Below are positions 1 through 12,139 of a DNA stretch of 64,000 bases, piece after piece. Under the pieces are notes generated by a model. That model was not told the DNA's origin and did no database searches. It was given only the letters and a program-made list of their open reading frames with translations. Numbering within the stretch: position 1 is the first letter of the stretch; the number at the start of each line of letters is the position of its first letter. The DNA lies in the NCBI RefSeq assembly GCF_001194135.2, contig NC_068984.1:17985765-18049764 (forward strand), in the 5' to 3' direction. The DNA is from Octopus bimaculoides. Lineage: Eukaryota. A program made the translations under genes and the position numbers.

Positions 1-71
1 ATATATTTTGTTAAATTAAGATTTTAGTAACTTTTAGAATAATTGTTGTAGAAATAGTTTTAAATTATCAT

Positions 72-292
72 TTTAGTGTCTGCTTTCACATGCTTGCATG
101 GATTAGATAAAGTTTAATACAGGTTTTCTATGGCTGGCTCTCCTTCTGGTGATGCTTGTTTAGAACCATCATGCGATGTCAAGACAAAGGCACATGCATA
201 CCAACAGTAAATAGGCTTTACAGTTTCCATATATCAAATCCACTTGTGAAGCTCTAGTTGGCCTGGGTCTATAGTGGAAGACACCTGCCCAC
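72..292 (-). mobile_element. Degenerate SINE, family A' (A-type head plus RTE-like 3' tail)
   Basis: Reverse-complement similarity to the A' copies at 27470 and 30895 (ccatgc tail motif; cagtttccat..caaatccac head motif). Confidence 0.55.
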
Positions 293-682
293 ATAGTTTA
301 TTCTTTACTTTCCCAATTTACCTTATTTGGTGAGTGTTAGAATATCTTGATTTGAACCTCAAAGAAAGATTTCAAGTTGCTTAGTATCCCAGCCATGACC
401 ACTCCACTTATTTTTTAGCTGTATCTAGGCTTGCGTTATCTAAAGGCCTCCTTTTCTTTTCTTAGAAGGTATGGTGTAATTAAACGGATATTTGGCTTAT
501 ATTTCTGCAAGTTGAGTGACCACTCAGTAGTTCCCTTATTGCTTGGTTTGAACTAATTTATTATAGTTTATGTATATAGTTGTGGAGAGTATATTTCTTG
601 TTCAAAATAATCATAGTTGGATTTTATTTTTGTAAAAGGACAAATACCATTTGCCTGAGATGTAAAAGCATGGAGAATATTC

Positions 683-870
683 TTTTTCACTCTAGGCACA
701 AGGCCTGAAATTTTTGGAGGGGTCCAGTCGATTTGATCGACCCCCATATGCAACTGGCACTTAATTTATCAACCCTGAAAGGATAAGTCAACCTCGGCAG
801 AATTTGAACTCAGAACATAAAGACAGATGAAATACTACTATGCATTTTGTCAGGGTTGCCAACATTTCTG
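683..870 (-). mobile_element. SINE family B copy
   Basis: Contains aactggcacttaatttatc..gtcaacctcggcagaatttgaactcagaac, the reverse complement of the B copy at 37903-38133. Confidence 0.8.
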
Positions 871-1149
871 AGAATATTGAGTTGCATTTGGAGTTGAAAT
901 TCGGTTGGCACTAGAATAATATTCATCCCAGTTAGAACGGGAGGGTATTGAATGCTGCACTTTCCAGGTGACATTTAAGGGCAGTGTTTTTATTTTTAGT
1001 TTATGAAGAGAGATTGATCACTTGATATCTAATTGACATCTGAAATTATTGGTAGGTTGTTGAGAAGGCAATGGTTTAATTATAGAGTAAAAGCTTAGTT
1101 CATCTGAGGCAAAAGAAAAAGATCTCTCTCACACACAATCTAGCAGCAT

Positions 1150-1388
1150 TATAGTGTTGATGTTGATCAGACTTAAGTCAATCCTGATTGAGCACATGTA
1201 TGATCAAAGGCATTTGCATTGATCACTCCATCAATTTTCTGTTTTTCAAGTATAATGACACTCTAGAAATAAGCTACAATATCCAATGTGCCCCGCCCCC
1301 TTTTTTTCAATGACTGCATAATGTGGTTAGTGGGAAATTTAGCTACTATTGCTAACAGGTTGTGTGACCATGTATAGGCTCACTCATT
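1150..1388 (+). repeat. Unclassified interspersed repeat (family D)
   Basis: Motif gatttggctgctatttc..gcaggt..gacca recurs, degenerate, at ~470-540, ~1320-1385, ~9430-9510 (-), ~26425-26485 and ~59445-59490. Confidence 0.5.
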
Positions 1389-1544
1389 GGTTTACTTATT
1401 GTAGTATTTAAATTCTTAAACTTCAGAGAAATTAATGAAGTTAAATGATGGAGTAAATAATTATGCATTCATGATCTATATCAAGGAGACTTTTTTTTTA
1501 GTTAATCAAAATTTCCCAATGTCGTTCCATCACTATTATTATTA

Positions 1545-1700
1545 TTATTATTATTAAGGATAGTGAGCTGGCAGAATCGTTAGCATGCTGGACATAATGC
1601 TCAATGGCATGTGTTTCGGTTATTTTTTGAGTTCAAATCCCATCATGGTTAACTTTGCCTTTCAGTATTTTGATATCAAAATTACCTGTTGAGTACTAGA
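1545..1700 (+). mobile_element. Degenerate SINE B after an (ATT)n tract
   Basis: gagctggcagaatcgttagcatgc..gagttcaaatccc..aactttgcctttc matches the B head. Confidence 0.65.
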
Positions 1701-1739
1701 ACCTTTGATCTTTTTGATCCTATTTTGATTGCAGATTAT

Positions 1740-2960
1740 CACTGCCCTACTGAGCGTGGCTCTGTGTCTTGAGTATACGGTGTCTATTTTGGTTTTGTTT
1801 CTATTGTAGTGAAATATCTCTACAAGTGTAATAGTGCCTGTAATGAATTTTCTGTAGAGTATAATGTAGAATAATGAACAAAATGAGAAATAAAGACAGC
1901 TTTTTGCATTGCAGTAAGTTTTACAAAACTTTATATTTCGAGTGTAAAAGCATCTCTTCAGAAGAATACAAAGAAATGTGGATCTACAAAGATCCTGCCA
2001 TTTTGGATAGCCTGGTAAGCACCTAGATAGGTTTTTTAAAACTTCCTACATTGTTAGCTCACCTTGTTTCTCATTTCATTCATTACGCTATTTTCTGTAT
2101 ATTGTGCATATTTGGAAGTCCTGGAGTTTTGGTTATATATTGCATGCCTTTGCGTTTTCTTTTCTTCATGATTTCATAGGCATCTATTATTAGAGAATGT
2201 TTCTGTTTTCAGGCCCACTGTATTGGGTTTTTCCTTATTCCCAAATCTTTATATTTGAATAGTTTTTCCTTTCCTATAAGATCCATTATCATCTGTTGGA
2301 ACTGATATTTGGTGAGGCATTTGTCTTCACAAGATATATGTATACTTTGTCTATTCTGTAGGTTTTTCATAATACTGTCTTAACTTCCAATGTGTGTAAA
2401 CCCCCAACTGTTTAACATTGGTACATATTTCTTTCTTGACTGAGGAACTTGAAACAATATGGTTAATTGTTTCTTCTTAGTTTCCACATATTCTACAGCT
2501 GCTGTGTTCCACTTTATTACATGCTTCTGGTGGTTTCTGCTGGAAAGGCTTTGGACCTGTGCCACAATTGTGCTTCTCAACCAGTATTTCAAATTTTCCT
2601 CGTCTTCTTCCACCTTTTCAGGTGTTGGCCATATGGGGGCTTTTCTTGCTTTCACTTTACCATGGCATTCTATTCTATTTTTAGCTTAGATTTAATCTTT
2701 CACAATTTTTGTTGGTTTTTACTTTTTCTACATAAGTCATGTCACCTTCAGTTATGCATTTATTAGCTTAAAGACAAAACATTTTGTTCAGATATTTTGT
2801 CCTGTTCATATTTGTATTAGTTTCCCATTATCCCTTACTAGATATTTTAAAAGCTTTCTTGTTGCGCATGATTCCTACCTCTCTTCATGATAAATCTTAC
2901 TACATCAGATCTGGGATGGTGTATTCTAAATGCAATCATTATTTTTTAACATCTGGTTGA
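1740..2960 (-). mobile_element. R4/Dong-like non-LTR retrotransposon, 3' fragment (RT thumb, CCHC knuckle, restriction-like endonuclease)
   Basis: Minus strand, read across frameshifts: HPRSDVVRF (HHPKADxDRLY-like), YWLRSTIVAQVQSLSSRNHQKHVIK, CRICGNxEETINHIVSS, EKLFKYKDLGIR..GLKTETF, YITKTPGLPNMHNIQKIA. A 3'UTR-like end lies at ~1740-1800. Confidence 0.85.
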
Positions 2961-3164
2961 GAATATTATAACTTATTAACTGGACAGTATATTCGTACCC
3001 TTTGTTTTTGCATTTAGCTATGTTTTAATTATTAATCTAATGCATTTATATTTCTTCCTGATATTGGTTTGATTCCTAAGTAATTGTCTGTGTTGTAATT
3101 CTCTTAACCTAAGTTTCTTTAACTAGTATTATGTTATACAGCTCTATATTATTTTCATTTGATA

Positions 3165-3290
3165 GCTATTTGTCCTCATCTTGTTTGTTATTAACACAAC
3201 GTTTCAGCTAATATACCCTCAAGCCTTCATCAGGTGTTTTGGGGAAATTTCAAACCTGGGTTCTCATTCCTAAGGTATTACTAATTAACT
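3165..3290 (-). mobile_element. Penelope-like terminal repeat fragment with a minimal hammerhead motif
   Basis: Minus strand reads aacac-CTGATGA-aggcttgagggtatattagct-GAAA-cg-tt-gtgtt at 3193-3238. Confidence 0.55.
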
Positions 3291-3429
3291 TTTTATTGCT
3301 CTCTGCATTAAATCTATTAATATAACTTTACTAGTAGCCAAATATACCCAATCACCTTCAGTCGAGGGTTTCTCTTATCCTTCTCTTCTATTGTCTTGTA
3401 AGTTGATCTACAGCCTAATTAGTGCCAGT

Positions 3430-3620
3430 GACACACACAAGAAAAAAAAATGAAGCACCTAGTACACACTGTAAATTTGTTGCTGTTGGGAAGAGCATCC
3501 AGCTGCAGAAAACATGTCAAAACTGACATTGGAGCTCAATGCAGTTCTCCAGAGCTTGTTGAATCCTTTCTAACCATCTGCCTCATACCAGCATAAAAAA
3601 AAAACTGACAGTAAATGAAA
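3430..3620 (+). mobile_element. Degenerate RTE 3'UTR copy (family C)
   Basis: tacacactgtaaa..gttgggaagagcatccagctg..catctgcctcataccagcat resembles the C consensus. Confidence 0.6.
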
Positions 3621-3662
3621 ATGAGTTATGTTGCGAAAACACAATGTAAACTTTATATATAT

Positions 3663-3830
3663 NNNNNNNNNNNNNNNNNNNNNNNNNNNNNNNNNNNNNN
3701 NNNNNNNNNNNNNNNNNNNNNNNNNNNNNNNNNNNNNNNNNNNNNNNNNNNNNNNNNNNNNNNNNNNNNNNNNNNNNNNNNNNNNNNNNNNNNNNNNNNN
3801 NNNNNNNNNNNNNNNNNNNNNNNNNNNNNN
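3663..3830. other. Assembly gap (168 N). Other gaps: 9684-9693, 11194-11222, 16356-16365, 21738-22231, 37459-37468, 46193-46339
   Basis: N runs are visible; most abut microsatellites or young repeats. Confidence 1.
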
Positions 3831-4215
3831 CGCAGGAGTGGCTGTGTGGTAAGTAGCTTGCTTACCAACCACATGGTTCCGGGTTCAGTCCCACTGCATG
3901 GCACCTTGGGCAAGTGTCTTCTGCTGTAGCCTCGGGCCGACCAAAGCCTTGTGAGTGGATTTGGTAGATGGAAATTGAAAGAAGCCTGTCGTATATATAT
4001 GTATGTATTTGTGTGTCTGTGTTTGTCCCCCCCCAACATCGCTTGACAACTGATGGTGTGTTTACGTCCCCGTAACTTAGTGGTTCGGCAAAAGAGACTG
4101 ATAGAATAAGTACTAGGCTTACAGAGAATAAGTCCTGGGGTCGATTTGCTTGACTAAAGGCGGTGCTCCAGCATGGCCACAGTCAAATGACTGAAACAAG
4201 TAAGAGTAAAAGAGA
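3831..4215 (+). mobile_element. SINE family A, young near-full-length copy
   Basis: tRNA-like head gcaggagtggctgtgtggtaag..ggttccgggttcagtcccac (A/B-box-like), internal (TA/TG)n, tail gtcaaatgactgaaacaagtaagag. Highly similar to 25447-25770 and 31442-31834. Confidence 0.9.
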
Positions 4216-4741
4216 ATATATCACCATGTACATACAAACCCTGTACAAACAAAAAGTGTACTTTTATAAACTGAAACCCATAGGATCTGCTTTAAAAATT
4301 AATATATAGAAAAGCTGTTCCATAATCTTGTATATTTTATCAAATTCATATTGTTGTTTTCGGTGTCTAATATTGAGTGTAAAGGTGATTATGGAGAGAA
4401 CAGAGATAACAGGCTAAACATTTCTAGTTATCTTATTGTGAATTGTTGCATATGGTGAAGCCTTGTCAAAGAAGGATGTATTAATATATTATGGAATGTG
4501 CACATATTTGTGGGTGGTGGTTTATTTCCTTGTAGATTTTGCTGTTGAACATACACTTACACAGTTTTTATCTTCAATGTGTAATTGGTTTTACTGATAT
4601 AGCTTCACATATCTATTTTCTTTTGTGAGTCACGAAGGACTGATTGCATCTTTGCATTTGCTTTTTACATGTTCTTGACAATAACTTCTTATTCTTCCCA
4701 AACTGAAATCATTCCCCCCCCCCCTACTCTAACCTTTTGTC

Positions 4742-4935
4742 TTCATTCAGTCATTTGACTGTGGCCATGCTGGGGCATTGCCTTGAAAAGTTTAGTTGTA
4801 CAAATCAACCCTAGTACTTATTTTTAAAAAAATCTGGTTCCATCAGTTGCTTGTTGAAATGCTAACTTATATGAACATAAGCTAACCAACACCTGTTAAG
4901 CAGTGGTGGGGGGAACAAACCTAAATACATATATA
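4742..4935 (-). mobile_element. SINE A, 3' half
   Basis: ttcagtcatttgactgtggccatgctgg is the reverse complement of the A tail. Confidence 0.7.
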
Positions 4936-4939
4936 CAGT

Positions 4940-4993
4940 TGTGTGTGTGTGTGTGTGTGTGTGTATAATATATATATGTATGTATGTATATAT

Positions 4994-5029
<36 letters not shown>

Positions 5030-5050
5030 GTATGAATATATATATGTGTA
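4940..5050. repeat. (TG)n/(TA)n microsatellite. Similar tracts at 11135-11193, 16070-16146, 19238-19300, 20455-20610, 33397-33437, 37221-37263, 41591-41652, 43050-43150, 43715-43830, 44490-44562, 44805-44910, 57300-57348, 62496-62550
   Basis: Dinucleotide runs are directly visible; they explain the [16 protein letters not shown] ORFs. Confidence 0.95.
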
Positions 5051-8000
5051 TATTGGGGACGGGCTGTCTAGGTAGGCAGTGCCTACCCTGAATGAAATAA
5101 ATCAATAGTAACATTTTCCCTTTACAGCAAAATATGCACCTAATTCAATAAAATTATGAAGGTTTCTCTGATTGTTATGCATAAAATGCAAAATACTTTT
5201 TTTTTGTAGGTTAGGTAGGCATAATTTGCCCCTGCCTTTCAATCTCAGTATTAAAACTAAGCATGGTACTGGTGTGGTACATATGCTGTGTACATTCCTA
5301 TAATGTTTTCTATACACGCTATAAAGGTAGAAGTAAATCTGCTTCTAACTCAGTCGTGTGCCTGTTTCACTTATTTTGTGTTTTACTACATAAACTCCAC
5401 CAACTGCCTACCCTGAGTAATTACTCACAGCACATGCCTGATGTGTGTGTGTGTGTGTTTAATACACACACCAACCTTGAGCTCCTACACTGTTTTTATC
5501 TACTGACTTCACTCAGTAGGTGTTAACTGACTCAGGGCTATAATGGAAGACATTTGCCCAAGGTAGGACTGAACTTAAAACTGGGTGGTTACAAAGTAAG
5601 CTTCTTAACCCTACCTGCACCTTTACAAATGAAAGGCAACACCCCTCTCAAATAACCACTTATCTATATTGAATGAGGAAAGTTTTGTTTAATCAATCTT
5701 TGAGGCTCCCATAATTAGTTATTTCTGAAAATGTAGGCTGTTTTGTAATATTTTTAATTTATACATTTTCATGAATCCTAGTTTGGAATATATATTAGTT
5801 ACATCTGAAATTTTCTCTAAGTTTATATTGACTTTTTTTCATATTTGGTATTTAAGTCATATGACCTCAGCTTATTGATTCTAAGCAGTGGATTGTTGGA
5901 AATCATGAGTGCTGGAATTGGACGGCTTATAGTATATGGTTATGTTCTTCTGTTTTTAGTTCAATATTCACTAAGATCAATAAAATTAGTATGAATAAAG
6001 GTTGGCCTTGTCTTGTCAGAAAGAAGTAAATATTGTCTTATCAGATATTTATGTGGAGAAAAATGACCTAGAGCCATCAGATATTTGATTATGACAATTC
6101 TATATATTCTAATCCACTTAGACATCAAATTTATATCAGTTTTGTGTGTGTAGAGAGAGATAGCGCAATTGAGATGTTATCTGCTCTGGACAACAGACCA
6201 CACAGATACATACATATGTCATTTCTAAATGCATCCTTATTTTTAATACTTAATGATTATCCTTCCAGAATTAATATTTTTAGAAAATTTATCAAGTCAA
6301 ATGTAGCAAATTAAATCCTAGACTATTTATAGAAAGCTGTTTTGACAGAGAGAAAGCTAGAAAATAAAAATTAACTATCTTGGAAAAATGATCCACTTTA
6401 CTATTGTTGATCTATTTAATTTTATACCCATTGGCTTTTTAAATGTTGAAATCATTCATTGATTTCTAAAAAAAAAACAAAGAAGAGGAAACCTATAAAA
6501 GCTATGCTAAAAATTAAAATGACAAGTGCTATTTTTCATCTCAGTCTATTTTTACATCTCCATTAATTTTTATTTTTCCCTTCTATCTTTTCTTCGCTGC
6601 AACCTATCCCTTCCTTTATGTTTCTGCCATCATTCATTGCAGCTTTTCTCTTTTCTGAATGCTCATACTGCTTCATAAATATTCATGAAATGCCTAGATT
6701 TTACAATTAATTCAATGTTTCCAGTGTTAAAAACACCTTAGATTTTTCTGAATGAAAAACTGCATGAAAGCAACTGTTGCAATAGCCCAATCAAAGCTAA
6801 TGGAACATTTAATGACAGCTTTTATAGAATACAGGCCTGCATCATTTCTTCATGGATTAAATTGAATATTTAGTTACAATAATAAAATTAAACACAGAAA
6901 GAATATTTTGATGAAAGTAAATTTTTACCATATGTTAATTAAGAATTCACTATTTATAGTGAATTTATAAATACACCATCATTCTGCAATAAAACAGGCC
7001 CTCGTTTGCATTTTAAGTGTGTCCCAAACAAAGGAAGCCCGATTTCATTTCTTAAATGTATTTGTCTTGTGGAATATAGTTGATAACGGTGGAATAAACA
7101 TGGGAACAAGCATTACTAGCAGCAGTTAAGGCATCTCACAAGTTTGTATTGGCCTATCAGAGCTGTTCAATGCTTTGGCATCTTGTTAAGTCATTTGTTT
7201 GATGGCGCAAGCAATATCCTGGATGTATTTATTATCTAAATAACTAGTACAGTTTTTCTTATGTTGTGGTTGTCTTAATTGTGGCTTTACACTAACAGAA
7301 GACTAAGATGAAATCACAAGTATTTATTTCCTTTCATACACTTTCTCTTGACATGGTTACAGTGACCTTCATAACGTATTCAGTGTTTATAAAACTGAGT
7401 TCAATCCTTCTGGTTGAAGGAGTAAAGGCGGTTTCTAATTATTGGTGGGGAAAGTAAAAAGAGAGAGATGGGGTGGATTGGGATTTGATTTTCCCTTCAG
7501 CTACTTCAGTTTCTCTATCAAAACCTCTAGACTGTCATTGAGAATAAATCTACTGTTTGAAAATTTTTATAACAAGTTATTCCATTTATTTCTAAAATAT
7601 GAGTAATCTTCATCTTTTATTTTATAATTTTATCAAAGAAAATACTGCAGCTATGAATAATTAATTTGTTTATAATTAACTAACTGTTCTGGCTAAAAGT
7701 CTATCAAAATCTATGGAGCATATTCTAGTTAAATGTTTATGCTATAGCAGTTCTTTATTTTTATTTAGCTTCAGCTTATTTTATTTAGTCTAAACTTAAA
7801 ACTGCAATTCACAGAACTGCAGTAATCACTGAACCATTTGTTTGTTATTTAGTCTACTTCTAGACTGTTGCTACAATTGCAAGGTATTGAGATAACGAAG
7901 TACTGTTTGGCTAAAAATAAAATAGTATTTTGAATATTTTGTTTACTAATCAACCCAATGTATTGTTTATATTTTTTGTGAGCATATAATGTTTGTGTAT

Positions 8001-8319
8001 AGCATAAGGATTTTTTTAGCTTTACTTTCTGGAGTATGGTATTGCTAACCTGTGTACTACAAAAATGTCCCTAAGTAATATGAACTGCATAATCAAGTTA
8101 CATGTCAATAATAGCTGGTGGATTAGCACACTCTCTAGAGCACTGGACAAAATGCTTTGCCGTATTTTCTTCTGATCTTTTACATTACGAGCTCAAATCA
8201 CTCTGCGGCCATCTTTGTCTGTCCTCTTGCTGAGATTCATAAAATAAGTATCAGTCAAGTACCTGAAGGCAATTTTCAATTATATTGACATCAAGTAAGA
8301 CATTGTGATTGTCCTTTAA

Positions 8320-8538
8320 CCCTTTAGCATTCAGATAACTCTTGCAAATGTAATGTTTATTTATTCATTGTTTTTAATTAATCCTCCATTATCTCCTACC
8401 TTTGAAATTTCAATGTTGTGATCATTTATTTTTTAAAATGAGATTGTTGGGTAGGTGTGAGAGGCTGGATCTGGTTGATTTGAACATAAGACAGGTAGAA
8501 CACTTGGGCTAGATTTGGCCAGTTTAAATGCTAAAGGG
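8320..8538. mobile_element. piggyBac-type MITE
   Basis: TTAA|ccctttagcatt ... aatgctaaaggg|TTAA: 12-bp terminal inverted repeats, TTAA at 8316-8319 and 8539-8542. Confidence 0.85.
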
Positions 8539-9565
8539 TTAAGGGCAAATATGAGTGTGAACCTCCAAAATCCACAATTGTGTGAGGAAAAGTAACCCGC
8601 CAGTGAGGAAAAGTGACAGAAAAATAATTGTTCATTTCTCAATCTTTGTAAAGGTTAGAAAAAAAACAGGGTTTGCTGTTGTATTCAGTGAAATAGTGAA
8701 GAATACAAACATAATGACATGCGTTATTTGTGAAAAACAATGAATGACTATAAGGAAATTAAATAAGTGTTCAGTAGTGTAGTTATTGGTTGAATTGCTA
8801 GAGCATTCAATCCTGTTTGGCTTTGTTTATAACCCCTGCAAAATAAAGTCATATTGTATATGTATGTAATGTGAGCCTAAGTGAAATTGAATCAAGCATG
8901 TCTGATATGAGGGACCTTAGTTTTGCATGAAACATTCAGTTGATTGTCTTGTAAGATCTATTTGTTCAAGGCTGACCGAGCTACTCGATAACAACTTGAT
9001 TCATAATCTGTCAATGGGTATTATTCCGTAATAAATTACTCCTAATTTATAGGATATTTGTCTCCCGATTATGAAAATAATGAAAAGGCTGCAGGCAAAT
9101 ATTGTTTGTGTGAGCTACTAAGATCATTTAACTAAATAACTACACCAAGCTAAAGCAGTTGTTTGCTGTCAACTTAATGTGACAGACCCATTAAGGGAAT
9201 CATAAAACTACACCAAGCTAGTTTTAAGCCTCTGCTTTATTGTATATTATGAATTTCTCAATTTTAAAGATTGTTTTTCAATATTTCTGCACTTCATATA
9301 TCCTACAATGGATAGTAATGTTTTAAACTAAATAGAAATGGTCAAATTGGTTGAAAGGTTAAGGTATCCACTTAGTTTCAAACATGTATCTGAGTTTACA
9401 TATAATTTATGAGAACAATATCAACACTTTCCATATGTAGCCGCTTGACCTGCTCGAAATAGCAACCAAATCTTCAAATCACATCCTACCATCGTTATAA
9501 GGGAAGGGTTCATTGGGTATAGTGGTACATAGACAAAAAGTAAGGTAATATTTCCCTTTGGCCAG

Positions 9566-9813
9566 ACATCATCATCATCATCATCGTTTAACGTCCGCTT
9601 TCCATGCTAGCATGGGTTGGACGATTTGACTGAGGACTGGTGAAACCGGATGGCAACACCAGGCTCCAGTCTGATTTGGCAGANNNNNNNNNNGACTGGT
9701 GAAACCGGATGGCAACACCAGGCTCCAGTCTGATTTGGCAGAGTTTCTACAGCTGGATGCCCTTCCTAACGCCAACCACTCAGAGTGTAGTGGGTGCTTT
9801 TACGTGTCACCCG
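9566..9813 (-). mobile_element. Young RTE 3'UTR copy (family C) inserted in an older A' SINE
   Basis: (CAT)n tail then atcgtttaacgtccgctttccatgctagcatgggttggacg..; near-identical to 21509 and 46379. Flanks (9535-9565, 9814-9970) resemble the A' body. Confidence 0.9.
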
Positions 9814-11131
9814 CTGGAAATGAACATAGCTTGTGTGATCGTGGTGCTTGTTTAGTCATCACATGATTTCAAGACAAGGGTGTACTCCCCCCCCCACCTC
9901 ACCCCTCTCTGACTTTTTTCTGTCTCCAACTACCAAATTGACCTGCAAGGCTTTGATCGGCCTCATAGAAATATCAGAGTTTAGGCATGTTCTCATTTTG
10001 CTTTGTCCACCCCTCCTCCTCTGTCAGAGAAAATGGAAGAACAACAAAAAGAATCATGGGCACTACTCTCCAAGACTGCTAGGTGTTGGTAGGAAACGAA
10101 GGATTAGTATGTTGCTGAATTTGGGTGCAGTGCATCACGCTATCCAATTATCCTCGGATTGGGGACCTGGTACAACAATTGCTTGCAACAGAGTACACTC
10201 CACTGAAATAACCAAAGAACCAGGTCATGGTGCTTAAACTGAGCAACAGTGCCATGTCCATTCAAAGATTTAAAAAGAAATAATTTCATTTAACAGAAAT
10301 AGCTTCTTTTTTTTTTTTTTTTTCTTTAATGACCAATTTTCAATAATGTTTCTTTTGACTTCTTGCTACAAACTGTTTGCAAATAACTTTGATTGTGATT
10401 TTAAATTGTAATTTGTATTTTTGTATGCATTTAATTTTCATTGTAATCCTTCATGAATGTCTTTTAACCCATTTAAGCCTCGTGACTTATTTTACCCATT
10501 TTGTCATATCTCATTAACGAAGCTTTAGGGTCATATGGATCAGATTCCTCATTTTTACTCTCTCTCATAAATTTTCTATAACAGTGATAAATTGAAGGTG
10601 CTCTATTCTTGCAAAGGGTTATTGTCGTCTGAGCTAAGCTATACCCACAAACATTTCATGGCATATCTTCCATTTGTGATTAGCTCCAGGTTTATCCCGA
10701 CAAAGCAGACTTACATTTGATGTTGGTGCAAGGAAGGGATGTGCTCAGATAGGCACATGTCGCTTTGATTTGGTCACCTGGGTGCTTTGCCAATGCTGCC
10801 AGTTTGAAGAAAGGAGGAAGGTTGACTCTGATGCAACTGTGCATGCCTGATGACAAAGCGGCATATAGACAATCAGCCAGCTTGTGGCTCTGGCATGGCT
10901 TGAGGCTTGAAGCCAAAACAAACAAAAAAAACACAACCTAAAAACCATTGCCATCAATCACATTATATATCTTCTTTACTGCCTAGTCTTTTCTCAGCTA
11001 GTTGTTGCTGCTAAGGAGGCCATGCATCTGTTAACAAGAATATACTCATTTTGCCAGTATGAGATAACAGAAATTGTGTGTGCATTTATGCACATGCACA
11101 CACATTCATGGGTACAACTACACATTTCATT

Positions 11132-11193
<62 letters not shown>

Positions 11194-12139
11194 NNNNNNN
11201 NNNNNNNNNNNNNNNNNNNNNNGTTACATTACCATATAATTTATCTCTCAGCTTTTCCAAGAGTTTCTGTTGCCTTATCAATATATATATATATATTGAT
11301 AAGGCTACAGAAACTCTTGGAAAAGCTGAGAGATAAATTATATGGTAATGTAACTTATTCTTTTTTATTTAATAACTTCAGAAACGAAGATAAAGAACAA
11401 ACGCCTGATAAAAGGTATGACATTGATTTCAGGTTTGTTGCAACCTAGACATATATTTTTTTTCCATTCTTATCTACATTGAATCATCTCCAGCTTTCAC
11501 TTTTCCTTGTAATTTACCTCAAGTTAACATACTCATTCCTTTTTAATGATATTTCCTACTGATCTTAACCTTTTCTTTACTAGTCTTCCATCTTCTGTTC
11601 TCGTTGTCAGCTTTGATTAAACACATCTGTGATCAAAAGCATTCTAGCCATGGCCATCCTGCATTTCATTTTCTTTTTTCTATGTACAGAGAATTTTGGA
11701 CCTTATTATCCACCATGTTATCTTCTGTTTTCTTCAAAGGCAACAGTTTTTATACAACTATTAATGACATTTTCTTTGTGTGTGTGTATATGTGTATAAT
11801 GCACAGTCACTCTCACCCACTCGTCTGTCATTTGCATATACATGTGTTTATACATTATACATGGGTGTATGTATATGTGTATGTGTGCATAAAATTTCCA
11901 TATCTTTGTTCAATAGTTTTGAGTTGGAATATTTGTTTCATACTCATTTGACTGTGAAGAAATGTTGTAGTGAAGGAGTAATATAGAATAAAATGAACTT
12001 AATTACATTCTATATAAGAGTGGTGCATTGGCAGAATTATTAGAATGCCAGAAAAATGCCATACAACATTTGTTCCAGGTCTTTAAGTTCTGAATTCAAA
12101 TCCTGCGAAGGTGAATTTAGCCTTTCGGCCTTCTTTGTC

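Noticed and set aside
9635-9742. Exact 49-bp direct duplication inside a family C copy
   Set aside because: Same 10-N gap overlap artefact.
11223-11354. Near-perfect 66-bp-arm palindrome centred on (AT)n
   Set aside because: Its left end coincides exactly with an N-gap edge and its centre is a self-complementary microsatellite, the classic inverted misassembly pattern. Only long reads could rescue it.
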